From assembly GCA_002269645.1 (NCBI GenBank), contig NIVC01001966.1, positions 153,464 to 217,463 of the forward strand: a DNA stretch of 64,000 nucleotides. Reading direction: 5' to 3'. The notes below the pieces were generated by a model. That model was not told the origin of the DNA and searched no databases. It worked only from the letters and a program-made list of their open reading frames with translations. The position numbers and the translations under genes are program-made. Positions 1 to 12,696 of the stretch are shown in pieces. Position 1 is the first letter of the stretch; every line of letters begins with the position of its first letter. Origin of the DNA: Macrostomum lignano (taxonomy: Eukaryota).

Positions 1-242
1 TAGACAGTATTTCATAGTCATAATTACAGTTCTTTAACACCAATTTCTTACTAAGCTAGTCATTGAGTTTTGTCCATCTATTTACAAGTATTTTTAAGAT
101 AATGGTCCTATGCTTGGATTATGAAGGACCTAATATTCATTGAATCTGTCAGAGGGTCAGATTTAGAGTAGCCCATAGAGATTGTGTTTTTTTCAAATTA
201 GACTCTACTAATAGTAGTAAATAAATATTACTAAATTGGCAG

Positions 243-2978
243 ATGCCCGAATGCGAATGGGCCGCGAATACCAGGCCGTTCCGCCTAGTCTGGTTGGCCG
301 CCCCGGCAGCCGGTGCCAGTCGCCTGACAGGGCTCTCTGCGTGTGGAAGCCTTTGCCAGAGGCTGGGTCTGATGAGGCGGCTGTCTCACTTACCGATGAC
401 CAGGTTGGTCTTATGCCTGATTCATATTTGGGAAGAAAAATGGGGATTTGGGATTTCAGATGACACGGAATTTAAATTTAAGATGTTTGATTTTGGGATT
501 TCGAATTTTCGAATCGGATTTGGATTTCAGATAATCGCAATTTGGGATTTCAGATTATCAGGATTTGGATTTCAGATTATCAGGATTTGGATTTCAGATT
601 ATCGGGATTTGGATTTCAGATTATCAGGATTTGGATTTCAGATTATCAGGATTTCAGATTATCAGGATTTGGATTTCAGATTATCAGGATTTCAGATTTC
701 AGATTATCTAGATTTGGATTTCAGATTATCAGGATTGGAATTTCAGATAATCGGGATTGGGATTTCAGATTATCGGGATTTGGATTTCAGATTATCTGGA
801 TTTGGATTTCAGATTATCAGGATTTGGATTTTAAATTATCAGGATTTGGATTTCAGATTATCAGGATTTGGATTTCAGATTATCGGGATTTGGATTTCAG
901 ATTATCGGGATTTGGATTTCAGATTATCAGGATTTGGAATTTAGATTATCAGGATTGGGATTTCAGATTATCAGGATTGGGATTTCAGATTATTAGGATT
1001 GGGATTTCAGATTATCAGTATTTGCATTTCAGATTATCGGGATTTGGATTTCAGATTATCGGGATTTGAATTGGATTATCAGGATTTGGATTTCAGATTA
1101 TCGGGATTTGGAATTTTTTTGGACTCGCTTGGGTACTCCCTTAAAGAAATGTCACATGTGCTCATTTCAAGGTGGCAAATTTCGTAGACCTGGCCCGGGA
1201 TCGATTCGGCTACACTACTGAGCAGGCGCTGGGCATGCTCTACTGGCACAAGCACAACGTTGAGCTGGCCACGGTCGACCTGCCGAATTTCATTCCATAC
1301 CCAGACGAATGGACTAACGAAGAGAAGGTCGTGTTCGACCAGGCCTTCAGCTTCCAGGGCAAGCAGTTTCACAAGATTATCCACGCCCTGCCGGACAAGA
1401 CTGTGCCGCATCTGGTGCGTAACTTTTTTCAGGAATTATTCCAGTTGTGTCAGAGTTCGTCTACTGATAAGTAGAAAGTATAGAGTTTTTTTCGCGAAAA
1501 GCTTGCATGTTGGGAAAATAAAAACGTAACAAAGTATCTAATCTAAATAGGCCGCTTGATAAAGTAGATGTCGGCGAACTCTCTACTCGCAAAGCCTCTC
1601 TATCCGGCCCTCGGGTCCTTTGAAACTTTACAATCCTACACAGGTGAAATACTATTACCAGTGGAAGAAGAACAGAGCCAAAACCTCGCTGATTGAACGG
1701 CGCGGTGGTCAAGGCGGCAGCGGTAACGGCCAAGGCGGCCAAGGCGGTGACGACGAGACCGGCTCCGAGTGCTCCGACGGCGAGTTGCCCGAGCTGCGGC
1801 CAGGCGGTCGTCGGGTTCGCCAGAAGCAGCAGCAGTCGGCTACGCAGAAGGCCAACAAGCAGCCGTCATCGCAGCAGCAGCAGCATCACAAGCGCAAACT
1901 GCCACGAGGAATTTTCCTTGACTACGACGCTCTGCTGTCCATGTCCGCCCAGGGTGCCGGCCGCGCCTCCGTCGTCGTCGACGCCCTAGACGCTCAACTG
2001 GCCTCAGCCAGGTCGCGCGTACGAAGAAATCGTGCTCAGCTCACCCAGCGATGGGAGTCCCTGCTGAGTGAAATTCAGGTGAGATTTATCTGTGCTAGGA
2101 TGACGGTCTCGACACTCACGACTAGGAGGCGATTGCCTCTGAGTCCCAAAAAAATCGCCTAAGTTTCAGTAAGAATCCCCCCTGAGTTTCAGTAAGAATC
2201 GCCCTTAAGTTTCAGTAAGAGTCGCCCCTAAGTTTCAGTAATAATCGCCCCTGAGTTTCAGTAAGAATCGCCCCTAAGTTTCAGTAAGAATCGCCCCTAA
2301 GTTTCAGTAATAATCGCCCTTAAGTTTCAGTAAGAATCGCCCCTAAGTTTCAGTAAGAATCGCCCCTAAGTTTCAGTAAGAATAGCCCCTAAGTTTCAGT
2401 AAGAATCGCCCCTGAGTTTCAGTAAGAATCGCCGCTGAGTTCCAAAAAGAACCGCCCCTGAGTTTCAGTAAGAATCGCCCCTGAGTTTCAGTAAGAATCG
2501 CCCCTGAGTTTCAGTAAGAATCGCCCCTGAGTTTCAGTAAGAATCGCCGCTGAGTTCCAAAAAGAACCGCCCCTGAGTTCTAGTGAGAATCGCTGCTGAG
2601 TTCCAGTAAAAATCGCCCAGCTGAGTTGTAGTAAAAATCGCCCAGCTGAGTTGTAGTAAAAATCGCCCAGCTGAGTTCTAGTACGAATCGCCCCTGAGTT
2701 TCAAAAACTCAGCGCCACTGTCGCACCTCAACCCACACTACCAGGCCTACCAGGAGCCGGATGCAGAGGGCCAGATCTCGTACAAATGGACCGACGAGGA
2801 GCTGCTGCTGGCTGTGCAGGGTGTCCGCCGTTACGGCAAAGACTTCCGTTCGATTGCGCAACTAATTGGCAGCAAAACGGAGAATCACGTTCGCTATTTC
2901 TTTGCTCAGTACCGATCGAAATTCGGACTGGACTCTGTGCTGGCCGAGTACAATCGGGAGTCCGCTGGAAAACAGTAG
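243..2978 (+). CDS. RCOR: REST corepressor (CoREST) homologue, ELM2-SANT1-linker-SANT2; 5' end lies upstream of the window
   Basis: Phase-compatible GT-AG exons at 243-403, 1172-1414, 1644-2078 and 2745-2978. They give MRMGREYQA (ELM2), YTTEQALGMLYWHKHN, DEWTNEEKVVFDQAFSFQGKQFHKI..LPDKTVPHL|VKYYYQWKK (SANT1) and IQ|AYQEPDAEGQISYKWTDEELLLAVQGVRRYGKDFRSIAQLIGSKT (SANT2). Stop TAG at 2976-2978. Confidence 0.92.
470..1115. repeat. 22-bp minisatellite in RCOR intron
   Basis: Unit GGATTTGGATTTCAGATTATCA with variants; explains ORFs 243..944 and 542..1069. Confidence 0.95.
2140..2700. repeat. 23-bp minisatellite in RCOR intron
   Basis: Unit AAGAATCGCCCCTGAGTTTCAGT. Confidence 0.95.
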
Positions 2979-3004
2979 CAACTGTGTCTTCTGGGTGCTA
3001 ATAT

Positions 3005-3805
3005 TGATCAGCTGTTTTTTGGTGTCATCGTTGCTATGGCAATGAATTTGCTGTTGTCAGTGTTTAGCGTCATGGTTGCTATGGTGATAAACCAGCTGTT
3101 GTCGGTGTTTAGCGTCATGGTTGCTATAGTGATAAATCAGCTGTTGTCAGTGTTTAGCGTCATGGTTGCTATGGTGATAAATCAGCCGTTGTCAGTGTTT
3201 AGCGTCATGGTTGCTATGGTGATAAATCAGCTGTTGTCATTGTTTAGCATCATGGTTGCTATAGTGATAAATCAGCTGTTGTCAGTGTTTAGCGTCATGG
3301 TTGCTATGGTGATAAATCAGCTGTTGTCATTATGTAGCGTCATGGTTGCTATGGTGATAAATCAGCTGTTGTCATTGTTTAGCGTCATGGTTGCTATGGT
3401 GATAAATCAGCTGTTGTCATTATGTAGCGTCATGGTTGCTATGGTGATAAATCAGCTTTTGTCATTGTTTAGCGTCATGGTTGCTATGGTGATAAATCAG
3501 CTGTTGTCATTATGTAGCGTCATGGTTGCTATGGTGATAAATCAGCTTTTGTCAGTGTTTAGCGTCATGGTTGCTATGGTGATAAATCAGCCGTTGTCAG
3601 TGTTTAGCGTCATGGTTGCTATGGTGATAAATCAGCTGTTGTCATTGTTTAGCGTCATGGTTGCTATAGTGATAAATCAGCTGTTGTCAGTGTTTAGCGT
3701 CATGGTTGCTATGGTGATAAATCAGCTGTTGTCATTGTTTAGCGTCATGGTTGCTATGGTGATAAATCAGCTGTTGTCAGTGTTTAGCGTCATGGTTGCT
3801 ATGGT
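3005..3805. repeat. 45-bp minisatellite downstream of RCOR stop
   Basis: Unit CAGCTGTTGTCAGTGTTTAGCGTCATGGTTGCTATGGTGATAAAT; explains ORF 3036..3833. Confidence 0.95.
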
Positions 3806-4364
3806 GAGGTTCATTCACAACCAGTTCAGCTGAATCAAAAAAGTTTTAATCGTTATTTTTGCGAACCGTTTGACATTTATAGGTAGAAAGTGTACTTCAA
3901 GTGTGACTGGGTCGTTGTTGAAATTTTATATATCTGTGTAAAACCTTAAATATATTTTGTTATTTGCTACTCATTAGTAGTTTAGGGCGAAGAAAGTACT
4001 AGTCACTGATAATTAAATGCTATTTCTAATCTCAAATTCATTAGGATTAGCATAAAAAACCGGCTATAAAAATCAATGTAAAAAATTCTTCCCATTTTGT
4101 GCAATGATTTTCATTTCTCAATGTACTTTATCGTGTGTAAATAATGTTTAACAATTGTCGGTAATTATATTCTCGCGCAGTTGTGGTTTAAACTTGCACA
4201 CAATCATACGGCCATGCATTGATATAATAATTGTACCAACTTCGCGTGTTAAACGCATTCTACGATCGATAACTTCTTTAGTGCTTCAAAATTCCAAAAC
4301 TAATTTTTTTTTTTTGGTATTTTTAGATAGAAAATCTGTTAATATTGCCCTTGTGTGTTATTAA

Positions 4365-5232
4365 GAATCCCTTCTAAGTTCATTTCATGACTTCATTGAT
4401 GCCCCCAAAATCCATTTAGAATCGCTTCTAAATTCAATTTAGAATCGCCACTACAATCCATTTAGAATCGCCCCTACATTCCATTTAGAATCGCCCCTGC
4501 ATTCCATTTAGAATCGCCCCTACATTCAATTTATAATCGCCGCTACAATCCATTTAGAATCTCCCCTAGATTCCATTTAGAATCTCCCCTCTCTTCAATT
4601 TAGAATCGCCCCTCTCTTCAATTTAGAATCGCCCCTCTCTTTAATTTAGAATCGCCCTCTCTTCAATTTAGAATCGCCCCTCTCTTCAATTTAGAATCGC
4701 CCCTCTCTTCAATTTAGAATCGCCCCTCTCTTCAATTTAGAATCGCCCCTCTCTTCAATTTAGAATCGCCCCTCTCTTCAATTTAGAATCGCCACTGCAT
4801 TCAATTTAGAATCGCCCCTGCATTCAATTTAGAATCGCCCCTAGGTTCAATTTAGAATCGCCCTTAGATTCAATTTAGAATCGCCCCTGCATTTCATTTA
4901 GAATCGCCCCTAGATTCCATTTAGAATCGCCCCTGCATTCCATTTAGAATCGCCACTGCATTCAATTTAGAATCGCCCCTGCATTCAATTTAGAATCGCC
5001 CCTAGGTTCAATTTAGAATCGCCCTTAGATTCAATTTAGAATCGCCCCTGCATTCAATTTAGAATCGCCCCTAGGTTCAATTTAGAATCGCCCTTAGATT
5101 CAATTTAGAATCGCCCCTGCATTCAATTTAGAATCGCCCCTGCATTCAATTTAGAATCGCCCCTGCATTCCATTTAGAATCGCCCCTGCATTTCATTTAG
5201 AATCGCCTCTGCATTCCATTTAGAATCGCCCA
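4365..5232. repeat. 23-bp minisatellite upstream of FCHo
   Basis: Unit TTTAGAATCGCCCCTGCATTCAA; ends about 110 bp before the FCHo ATG. Confidence 0.95.
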
Positions 5233-5342
5233 AAAATCTTTAATAACTTGAGCAAACGCAAAAATTCTACTATAAGTAGAACATCGCACATTAATAATAA
5301 AATTCGCCGGCCTTCATGCCGACCCAGCGGCACCGTTAGAGC

Positions 5343-5875
5343 ATGTCGCGCAGCGGCAGCACGGTCGCCGGCGGCCTATTTGTGGCCAATTATTGGGGCG
5401 AGAAGCACAACGGCTTCGATGCTTTGTATTCGAATTTCAATGCCCAGAGCTGCCAGGCCACCGCCGAGCTGCTGGCATTTATGCGCGACTATCAGCAGCT
5501 GGAGGATGCGCACCACAAAGGCCTGGTGAAGCTCAGCAGGAAGCTGGCCTCCTCCAAGTCTCTGACTGGCGGCACCGGCAGCTTCACGCCCTGCTGGGAC
5601 GTCCTCCTGGCTGCTGTGGACCAGATGGCCACGGCCTACTCTGACCTGGCCTCCAACAGCCAGACCCTGCTGCGGGACATTCAGAAGCACAGCGAGGAGC
5701 AGCAGCGGGCGACTAAAGGATTCAAGGACAGCGAGCACCAGCGGACCATGAATAACTGCGCCGCTGCCAAGACCTGCTTCGGCATGGTGCAGAGCAAGAG
5801 GCAGGCCTGCCAGACCCGGCATGCTGAGGCTAGAAAGGTCAGCTGTCTGTCTGCCTGTCTGTCAGGTCTGTCTGT

Positions 5876-5936
<61 letters not shown>

Positions 5937-6081
5937 TGTCTGTCTGTCTGCCTGCCTTTCCGTCTGTCTGTCTGTCTGTCTGCCTGTCCGTCCGTCTGCC
6001 TGTCTGTCTATCAGGTCCGCCTGTCTGTCTGTCAGGTCTATCTATCTATCAGGTCTGTCTGTCTGTCTGTCTGTCTATCAG

Positions 6082-6117
<36 letters not shown>

Positions 6118-9100
6118 ATCAGGTCTGTCTGTCTGTCTGTCTATCAGGTCTATCTGTCTCTCTCTGTCTGTCTGTCTGTCTGTCTAATCTGTCAAGTGTC
6201 CGTTTATATCGGCTGTCCGTGTCTATTTTCATAAATTTGTCTCTATTTAACACTATCTATCCGCCGGGTATATCTTTCTTATCAATATATCTACGTACAT
6301 CTAGCGACATCACGGATGGCCGAACTCCGGACCGAAGGCCACATTCGGCCAACAAAGTCTCTATCCGGCCCTCGGGTTCGTTTAAACTTCACATTTGCAT
6401 TCCGGCTGGCTCAATGTTCAGCGCTCTTCTCTCTATCTAATCTCCTCTTTTCTCCTCTCCTCTCTCCTCTTCCATTGGCTGACCCTGATCTACATCGCAT
6501 ATAACAATTTACCCACACACCACTTCTAAACGTGCAAGATGCTCCCAATTCTCGTAGGCCGCAACGCAACAGCAGCCTACTAACCCCACCCCCCCGCTCC
6601 AATCGGCCAGGTGGGGACTAGCGACTCGGCCTCGGAGAAGGAGAAGAAGAAAGTGATGTCCAAGCTGGAGGCCGCCATCAAAGATTTCAGATTCAACGTA
6701 GAAAAATACAATCACGTGCGCAACGCATTCGAGGAGGGCATGCGCAAGTCGTGCGCCTATTTCGAAGATACCGAAGTTCGCCACCTCGAAGCCATGCTGG
6801 GCTTCGTTGGCCGCTTTGCCCAGCCGCTGGGCTCGGCCGGGCATCAGCTGACTGAAGCCCAGGCCGCCGTTGACAGGCAGCTGGAGGCGACGCACTCGGT
6901 TGATCGCCTGCTGGCTCTGTTTGTTGAACGAACTCGAACTGGCGGCTCGGTGCCTCGGCCAATCAGCGACAGCAGCGACCAGTTCCTTGACTTCAGTGCT
7001 CCGCTGCCAGACGGTGCTGCAGCAGGCGGTGGCGGCGGCCTGACAGCGGGCGGTGGCAATGTGTATTCGACAGGCTCGCAGCTGTCAATAGACCGGCTGT
7101 CGCATCATTCCGCTTCGATTAGCGGCGGCGGCGGAGCAGCGTCGGTTCGTCAGTCGGCCGAGCCCGACCTGATGTCGATGGAGCCGGTGTCGCCGCCGCA
7201 GCCGTCCTTGGCGATGTCCGCCGCTTCGGGTGAGCAGCAGCAGCCGCGAGACGACGCGACGGCAGGCGGCGGTGGCGGCGGCAAAACGAAGCGCGGCGGC
7301 ATTATTGGCAATATTCTCAATCACGGTCGGCGGTCTAGGAATCGAGGTGAATCACTGAGTGGCCACCAGCCGGGGTTTTAGAAATCATTCTAATGCTCAG
7401 AACTGATGTACTTAAACCAAGTGATTTTAGTGGCATCAAATGACACGAGGCAGGTCAGTTGGCCATAATCTGACGCCAAATTCCTAATTTTAATAAGTTG
7501 CAAATCCCAAGCACTGCCCAACAACTCAAAAACAACTCACTGGTGACTCTAGCGATTCTGAGGCAACTCGTGTGACCTTTTAACGACACAAACGACTGTA
7601 AATACGACGGAGATGCGACTGTTAAGTCTGGAGCGCATCACGTGATACAATAGTCGCAAAAAAAGTCTTCCAAAAGGTCGTTTTGTCTTAGCGCTTCGAG
7701 TAGACAAAATAGAGTTGTTATAAATGCGATTCTAATTCATAAAGCGATGCAGAGGCGCTTTGCATCCGCAACTCTAGCGCGGCTCAGATACCGACTCTAC
7801 GGCCCCAGAGTTCATCCTGTGGTCGCGTGATAATCCTTAGCCAATTGTTTAATATAATCTTGCAGTTTGTAAATTGAATTGGTGCGTTCTACAAACCTCG
7901 CAGACGCCAGCAGCTCCGTTGTGTCCAGCGGAAGCGGCGGTGCAGCAGCGGCAGCGGCAGCCCCAGCCGATACGCTGCTGTCGGGCTCGTCGAACGCGCC
8001 GGAGCCGCGAGTAGACGCAGAAGGCTTCACCATTCGCGATGACGAGGATCACCCGTGGCGGAAGAAGAATAATAAAAGCAGCAGCAGCTCTTCTGGTTCG
8101 GACTCAGACTCAGATCAGGAGAAGAAAATCGATGTGAGCTGTGCAAGGATTGATGACTATCGTGTTTAAGAGGGGGCAGAGTGACACTAAGAGTGACAAG
8201 TGGGGGTAGCGTTTGGAGTGACATATCGGCGAAAGTGACGAATGCTGTGACGGTGAGTGATAAATCGGGAGTGACGGTGAGAGTGATAAATCGGGAGTGA
8301 CGGTGAGAGTGATAAATCGGGAGTGACGGTGAGAGTGATAAATCGGGAGTGACGGTGAGAGTGATAAATCGGGAGTGACGGTGAGAGTGATAAATCGGGA
8401 GTGACGGTGAGAATGATAAATCGGGAGTGACGGTGAGAGTGATAAATCGGGAGTGACGGTGAGAGTGATAAATCGGGAGTGACGGTGAGAGTGATAAATC
8501 GGGAGTGACGGTGAGAGTGATAAATCGGGAGTGACGGTGAGAGTGATAAATCGGGAGTGACGGTGAGAGTGATAAATCGGGAGTGACGGTGAGTGATAAA
8601 TCGGGAGTGACGGTGAGAGTGATAAATCGGGAGTGACGGTGAGAGTGATAAATCGGGAGTGACGGTGAGAGTGATAAATCGGGAGTGACGGTGAGAGTGA
8701 TAATTTCTCACTAATTCCCAGGTGCGAATCACCGAAGAGAAGAAGCCGGTGGCCAACGCAGACGAGATCGAGCGGGTTGCAAATTCCATTAAGCTTTTCG
8801 GCCCCAGCCCGTCTGCCGCCATGTTCCGGCCCGCCTCCAGAGCCGGGGTCGGCGGCGGCGGCGGCTCTTCGATTACGGCCTCGTCGACCGACTTGAATGG
8901 CGGCGTTGAGCGGCCGCCGTCTCGGGCGCGGCCGCGGCCAAAAACGCCCGACTGGAGTCGCGGCTTTGGCGGCAGCGGCGGAGGGGGCTTTCAACAGCAG
9001 CGTCAGCGGCGTCAGTCTGTTGACCCGTTCGACTTTGGCGCCGCCTTTGGTGGCTCTCAGCAGCAGCAGCAGAAAGATCAGGAGCAGCAGCCACCGCCAA

Positions 9101-12100
9101 TGCCTTCCATGCCGCCGCCGCTTCCGCCGCCTTCGGAGCAGCCAAATGCCTCCTCATCTTCGCCGCCGTCGCAGCCTCAACCTTCGCTTCCACCGCCGCC
9201 GCCTCCATCGGGTTCGGCGCCGTCGCCGGCTTCGCCAGCGCGTCCGCTGGACCATCGGGGCGACCGGGAGGCTGCGCCACTCAACGCTCTCCTGACTGAG
9301 ACCATCCACTGCCGCTGGTCCGGCGAGCAGTGCAAGTTCCGGGTGCAGGGCAGCCTGACCCTGTCCTTCCCGGCTACTCAGCTGCTGTCCAGACTGTCGC
9401 AGCCGCTGCCCGGTTTGCTGTTTCGCCTGTGCGACACCGGCCTGCTTGGCCAGCACAGGTCATCCAGCCGGCTTGTTAAAGAGTGAGAGACTGGCTAGCT
9501 TTGTCGTGAAGTCTTGATATCATTATCTTGCTCATTAGCTCGTGAACTCTCACGTTGACAGGCTTCGACTCACCCACGAAGTCACGTTTGAAGTCACTCA
9601 TACCGTGGAGTCACTTACTGATGCGGTCACTTACTCATGGAGTCCCTCACTCATTGGAGTCATTCACTGATGAAGTCATTCACCGAAGAAATCACTCACT
9701 CATAAAGTCATTAACTCATAAAGTCATTCACCGATGAAATCACTCACTCATAAAGTCATTCACCGATGAAATCACTCACTCATAAAGTCATTCACTCATG
9801 AAGTCACTCACTAATATAGTCACACACTCATGAAGTCATTCACTGATGAAGTCAGTCACCGATGAAATCACTCACTCATAAAGTCATTCACCGATGAAAT
9901 CACTCACTCATAAAGTCATTCACCGATGAAATCACTCACTCATAAAGTCATTCACTCATGAAGTCACTCACTAATATAGTCACACACTCATGAAGTCATT
10001 CACTGATGAAGTCAGTCACCGATGAAATCACTCACTCATAAAGTCATTCACTCATGAAGTCACTCACTGATATAGTCACACACTCATAAATTCATTCACT
10101 CATGAAGTCATTCACTCATGAAGTCAGTCACCGATGAAATCACTCACTCATAAATTCACTCAACTCATAAAGTCATTAACTCATAGTCACTCACTCATAA
10201 AGTCATTCACTCAAGAAGTCGCTTACTAATAAATTCTCATAGTCATTCACTGATGTAATCACTCTCTGATAAAGTCACACACTCAAAGTCATTCACCGAT
10301 GAAATCACTCACTCATAAAGTCATTCACCGATGAAATCACTCACTCATAAAGTCACACACTCATAAATTCATTCACTCATGAAGTCATTCACTGATGAAG
10401 TCATTCACCGATGAAATCACTCACTCATAAATTCACTCAACTCATAAAGTCATTAACTCATAGTCACTCACTCATAGTCATTTACTCATGAAGTACTTCA
10501 CTGATGAAATCACTCACTTAAAAATCACTCACGCGCTCCGTGGCGCTCCACCTCAGGGAGTTCCCCGAGTCCAACGGTCTCCAGCTCACCATAGACCCGG
10601 CCGCCCTCGCCGACGAGCTGAAACGGCTGGCCAGAGAGCGGCCCGGCATCCAGTTCCTGAGCATGGAGGTGCTCACTTACGATCTGCAGTTGCCAATAGT
10701 CACACCAGGGCCCGTGTTTATCCGGGCCTGCTGGAACTGCGAACAGGAGCATACGGACCTGCGGGTGGAGATTAGCAGGCACCCAACATCGTCTCTGCTT
10801 GTCGGGAAAGTGTCCGTTTCCGTGAGTTATCTACTCGAAAATTTCGGTGTTACAATTTAAGACCAAGTCTAAAATAGAGTAAAGTCAAATTTGTACAAAG
10901 TTAAATTTGTAGGCTCGTGACCTTTCTTGATCTTTTTACGATCATGACCTCAATGAATGAACTTTGTGTGGTTACGAACTCAGTGAATCTACTTTTTAGG
11001 GTCATGGTCTTAGTAGGTCTTATTTATAAGTTCATGACCTTATTGAGTCTACTTTGTAGGATCATGACCTCTATTAATGGGTTTTGTAGGGTCACGACCT
11101 CAATTAATGGATTTTGTAGGGTCATGACCTCTGTTAATGGGTTTTTTAGGGTCATGACCTCTATTAATGGGTTTTTTAGGGTCATGACCTCAATTAATGG
11201 GTTTTATTGGGTCATGACCTCTATTAATGGGTTTTGTAGGGTCATGACCTCTATTAATGGGTTTTGTAGGGTCATGACCTCTATTAATGGGTTTTGTAGG
11301 GTCATGACCTCTATTAATGGGTTTTATTGGGTCATGACCTCTATTAATGGGTTTTGTAGGGTCATGACCTCTATTAATGGGTTTTGTAGGGTCATGACCT
11401 CTATTAATGGGTTTTGTAGGGTCATGACCTCAATTAATAGATTTTTCAGGGTCATGACCTCTATTAATGGGTTTTATTGGGTCATGACCTCTATTAATGG
11501 GTTTTGTAGGGTCATGACCTCAATTAATGGGTTTTATTGGGTCATGACCTCAATTAATGGGTTTTATTGGGTCATGACCTCTATTAATGGGTTTTGTAGG
11601 GTCATGACCTCAGTTAATGAGTTTTTTAGGGCCATGGCCTCTATTAATGGGTTTTTTAGGGTCATGACCTCAATTAATGGGTTTTATTGGGTCATGACCT
11701 CTATTAATGGGTTTTTTAGGGTCATGACCTCAATTAATGGGTTTTATTGGGTCATGACCTCTATTAATGGGTTTTGTAGGGTCATGACCTCTATTAATGG
11801 GTTTTGTAGGGTCATGACCTCTATTAATGGGTTTTGTAGGGTCATGACCTCTATTAATGGGTTTTATTGGGTCATGACCTCTATTAATGGGTTTTATTGG
11901 GTCATGACCTCTATTAATGGGTTTTGTAGGGTCATGACCTCAGTTAATGAGTTTTTTAGGGTCATGACCTCTATTAATGGGTTTTGTAGGGTCATGACCT
12001 CAATTAATGGGTTTCGTAGGGTCATGACCTCAAAGAATCAACTTGGTAAGGTCATGACCTCAAAGAATCAACTTGGTAAGGTCAATGACCTCAAAGAATC

Positions 12101-12696
12101 AACTTGGTAAGGTCAATGACCTCAATGAATCAACCTGGTAAGGTCAATGACCTCAATGAATCAACCTGGTAAGGTCATGACCTCAATGAATCAACCTGGT
12201 AAGGTCATGACCTCAATGAATCAGCTTAGTAAGGTTATGACATCAATAAATGGATTTTTTATAGTCGTGACGTCACTGAGTCTAATTTACAGGGTCATAA
12301 CCTAAACAAGCGTACATAAGGTGTCAGGACCATGATCATAAATGCACAATGTCCCCTCTGAACAAATGAAACGACCGCCAGGCCGAGGTCTCTGGCGGCG
12401 TCCTTGACATGCAGTCCCTGCCGGCCGGTCGCTGGCTGTCGGACACCCGCCTAGCCATCTGGGAGGTGGCTGTCCCGGCCAATCCGGCCGACAAGACGGT
12501 GGTGAAAGCGAAATTCCTGCTGGGCTCCGGGCCTACGGTGCCCAGCCCAGTCCGGGTGCAGTTCATGCTGGACAACAGCAGCTTCTCAGACTGCAGCTTC
12601 GCCCTGATCGGTGCCAACTACAGGCTGGATGTCAATAAGCGCAGGATCATCAGCGGCCAGTACAGCGCTGAGCCTAGCGCAGTGGCACCCCTGTGA
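5343..12696 (+). CDS. FCHO: FCHo (muniscin): F-BAR domain, low-complexity/proline-rich linker, C-terminal mu-homology domain; about 933 aa
   Basis: Six phase-compatible GT-AG exons: 5343-5837, 6611-7346, 7904-8133, 8722-9482, 10557-10821, 12382-12696 (2802 nt). Motifs FVANYWGEKHNGFDALYSN, FRFNVEKYNHVRNAFEEGM, VDAEGFTIR, ETIHCRWSG..FRVQGSLTLSFP, PSPVRVQF..YRLDVNKRRIISGQY. AATAAA near 12810. Confidence 0.92.
5843..6190. repeat. (CTGT)n/(CTGC)n microsatellite in FCHo intron 1
   Basis: Tetranucleotide runs starting just after the donor at 5838. Confidence 0.95.
8245..8703. repeat. 26-bp minisatellite in FCHo intron 3
   Basis: Unit GTGAGAGTGATAAATCGGGAGTGACG. Confidence 0.95.
9560..10530. repeat. 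Composite ~32-bp minisatellite in FCHo intron 4
   Basis: Unit TCACTCACTCATAAAGTCATTCACCGATGAAA with shorter variants. Confidence 0.93.
11055..12230. repeat. 30-bp minisatellite with a palindromic GGTCATGACC core in FCHo intron 5
   Basis: Unit GGGTCATGACCTCTATTAATGGGTTTTGTA, grading into AAGGTCATGACCTCAATGAATCAACCTGGT; explains ORF 10917..12110. Confidence 0.95.

Noticed and set aside
243-12110. ORFs 243..944, 542..1069, 3036..3833, 8110..8994, 8187..8822 and 10917..12110 as membrane or His-rich proteins
   Set aside because: They are translations of intronic or intergenic minisatellites whose unit lacks a stop in that frame; the true exons splice around them.
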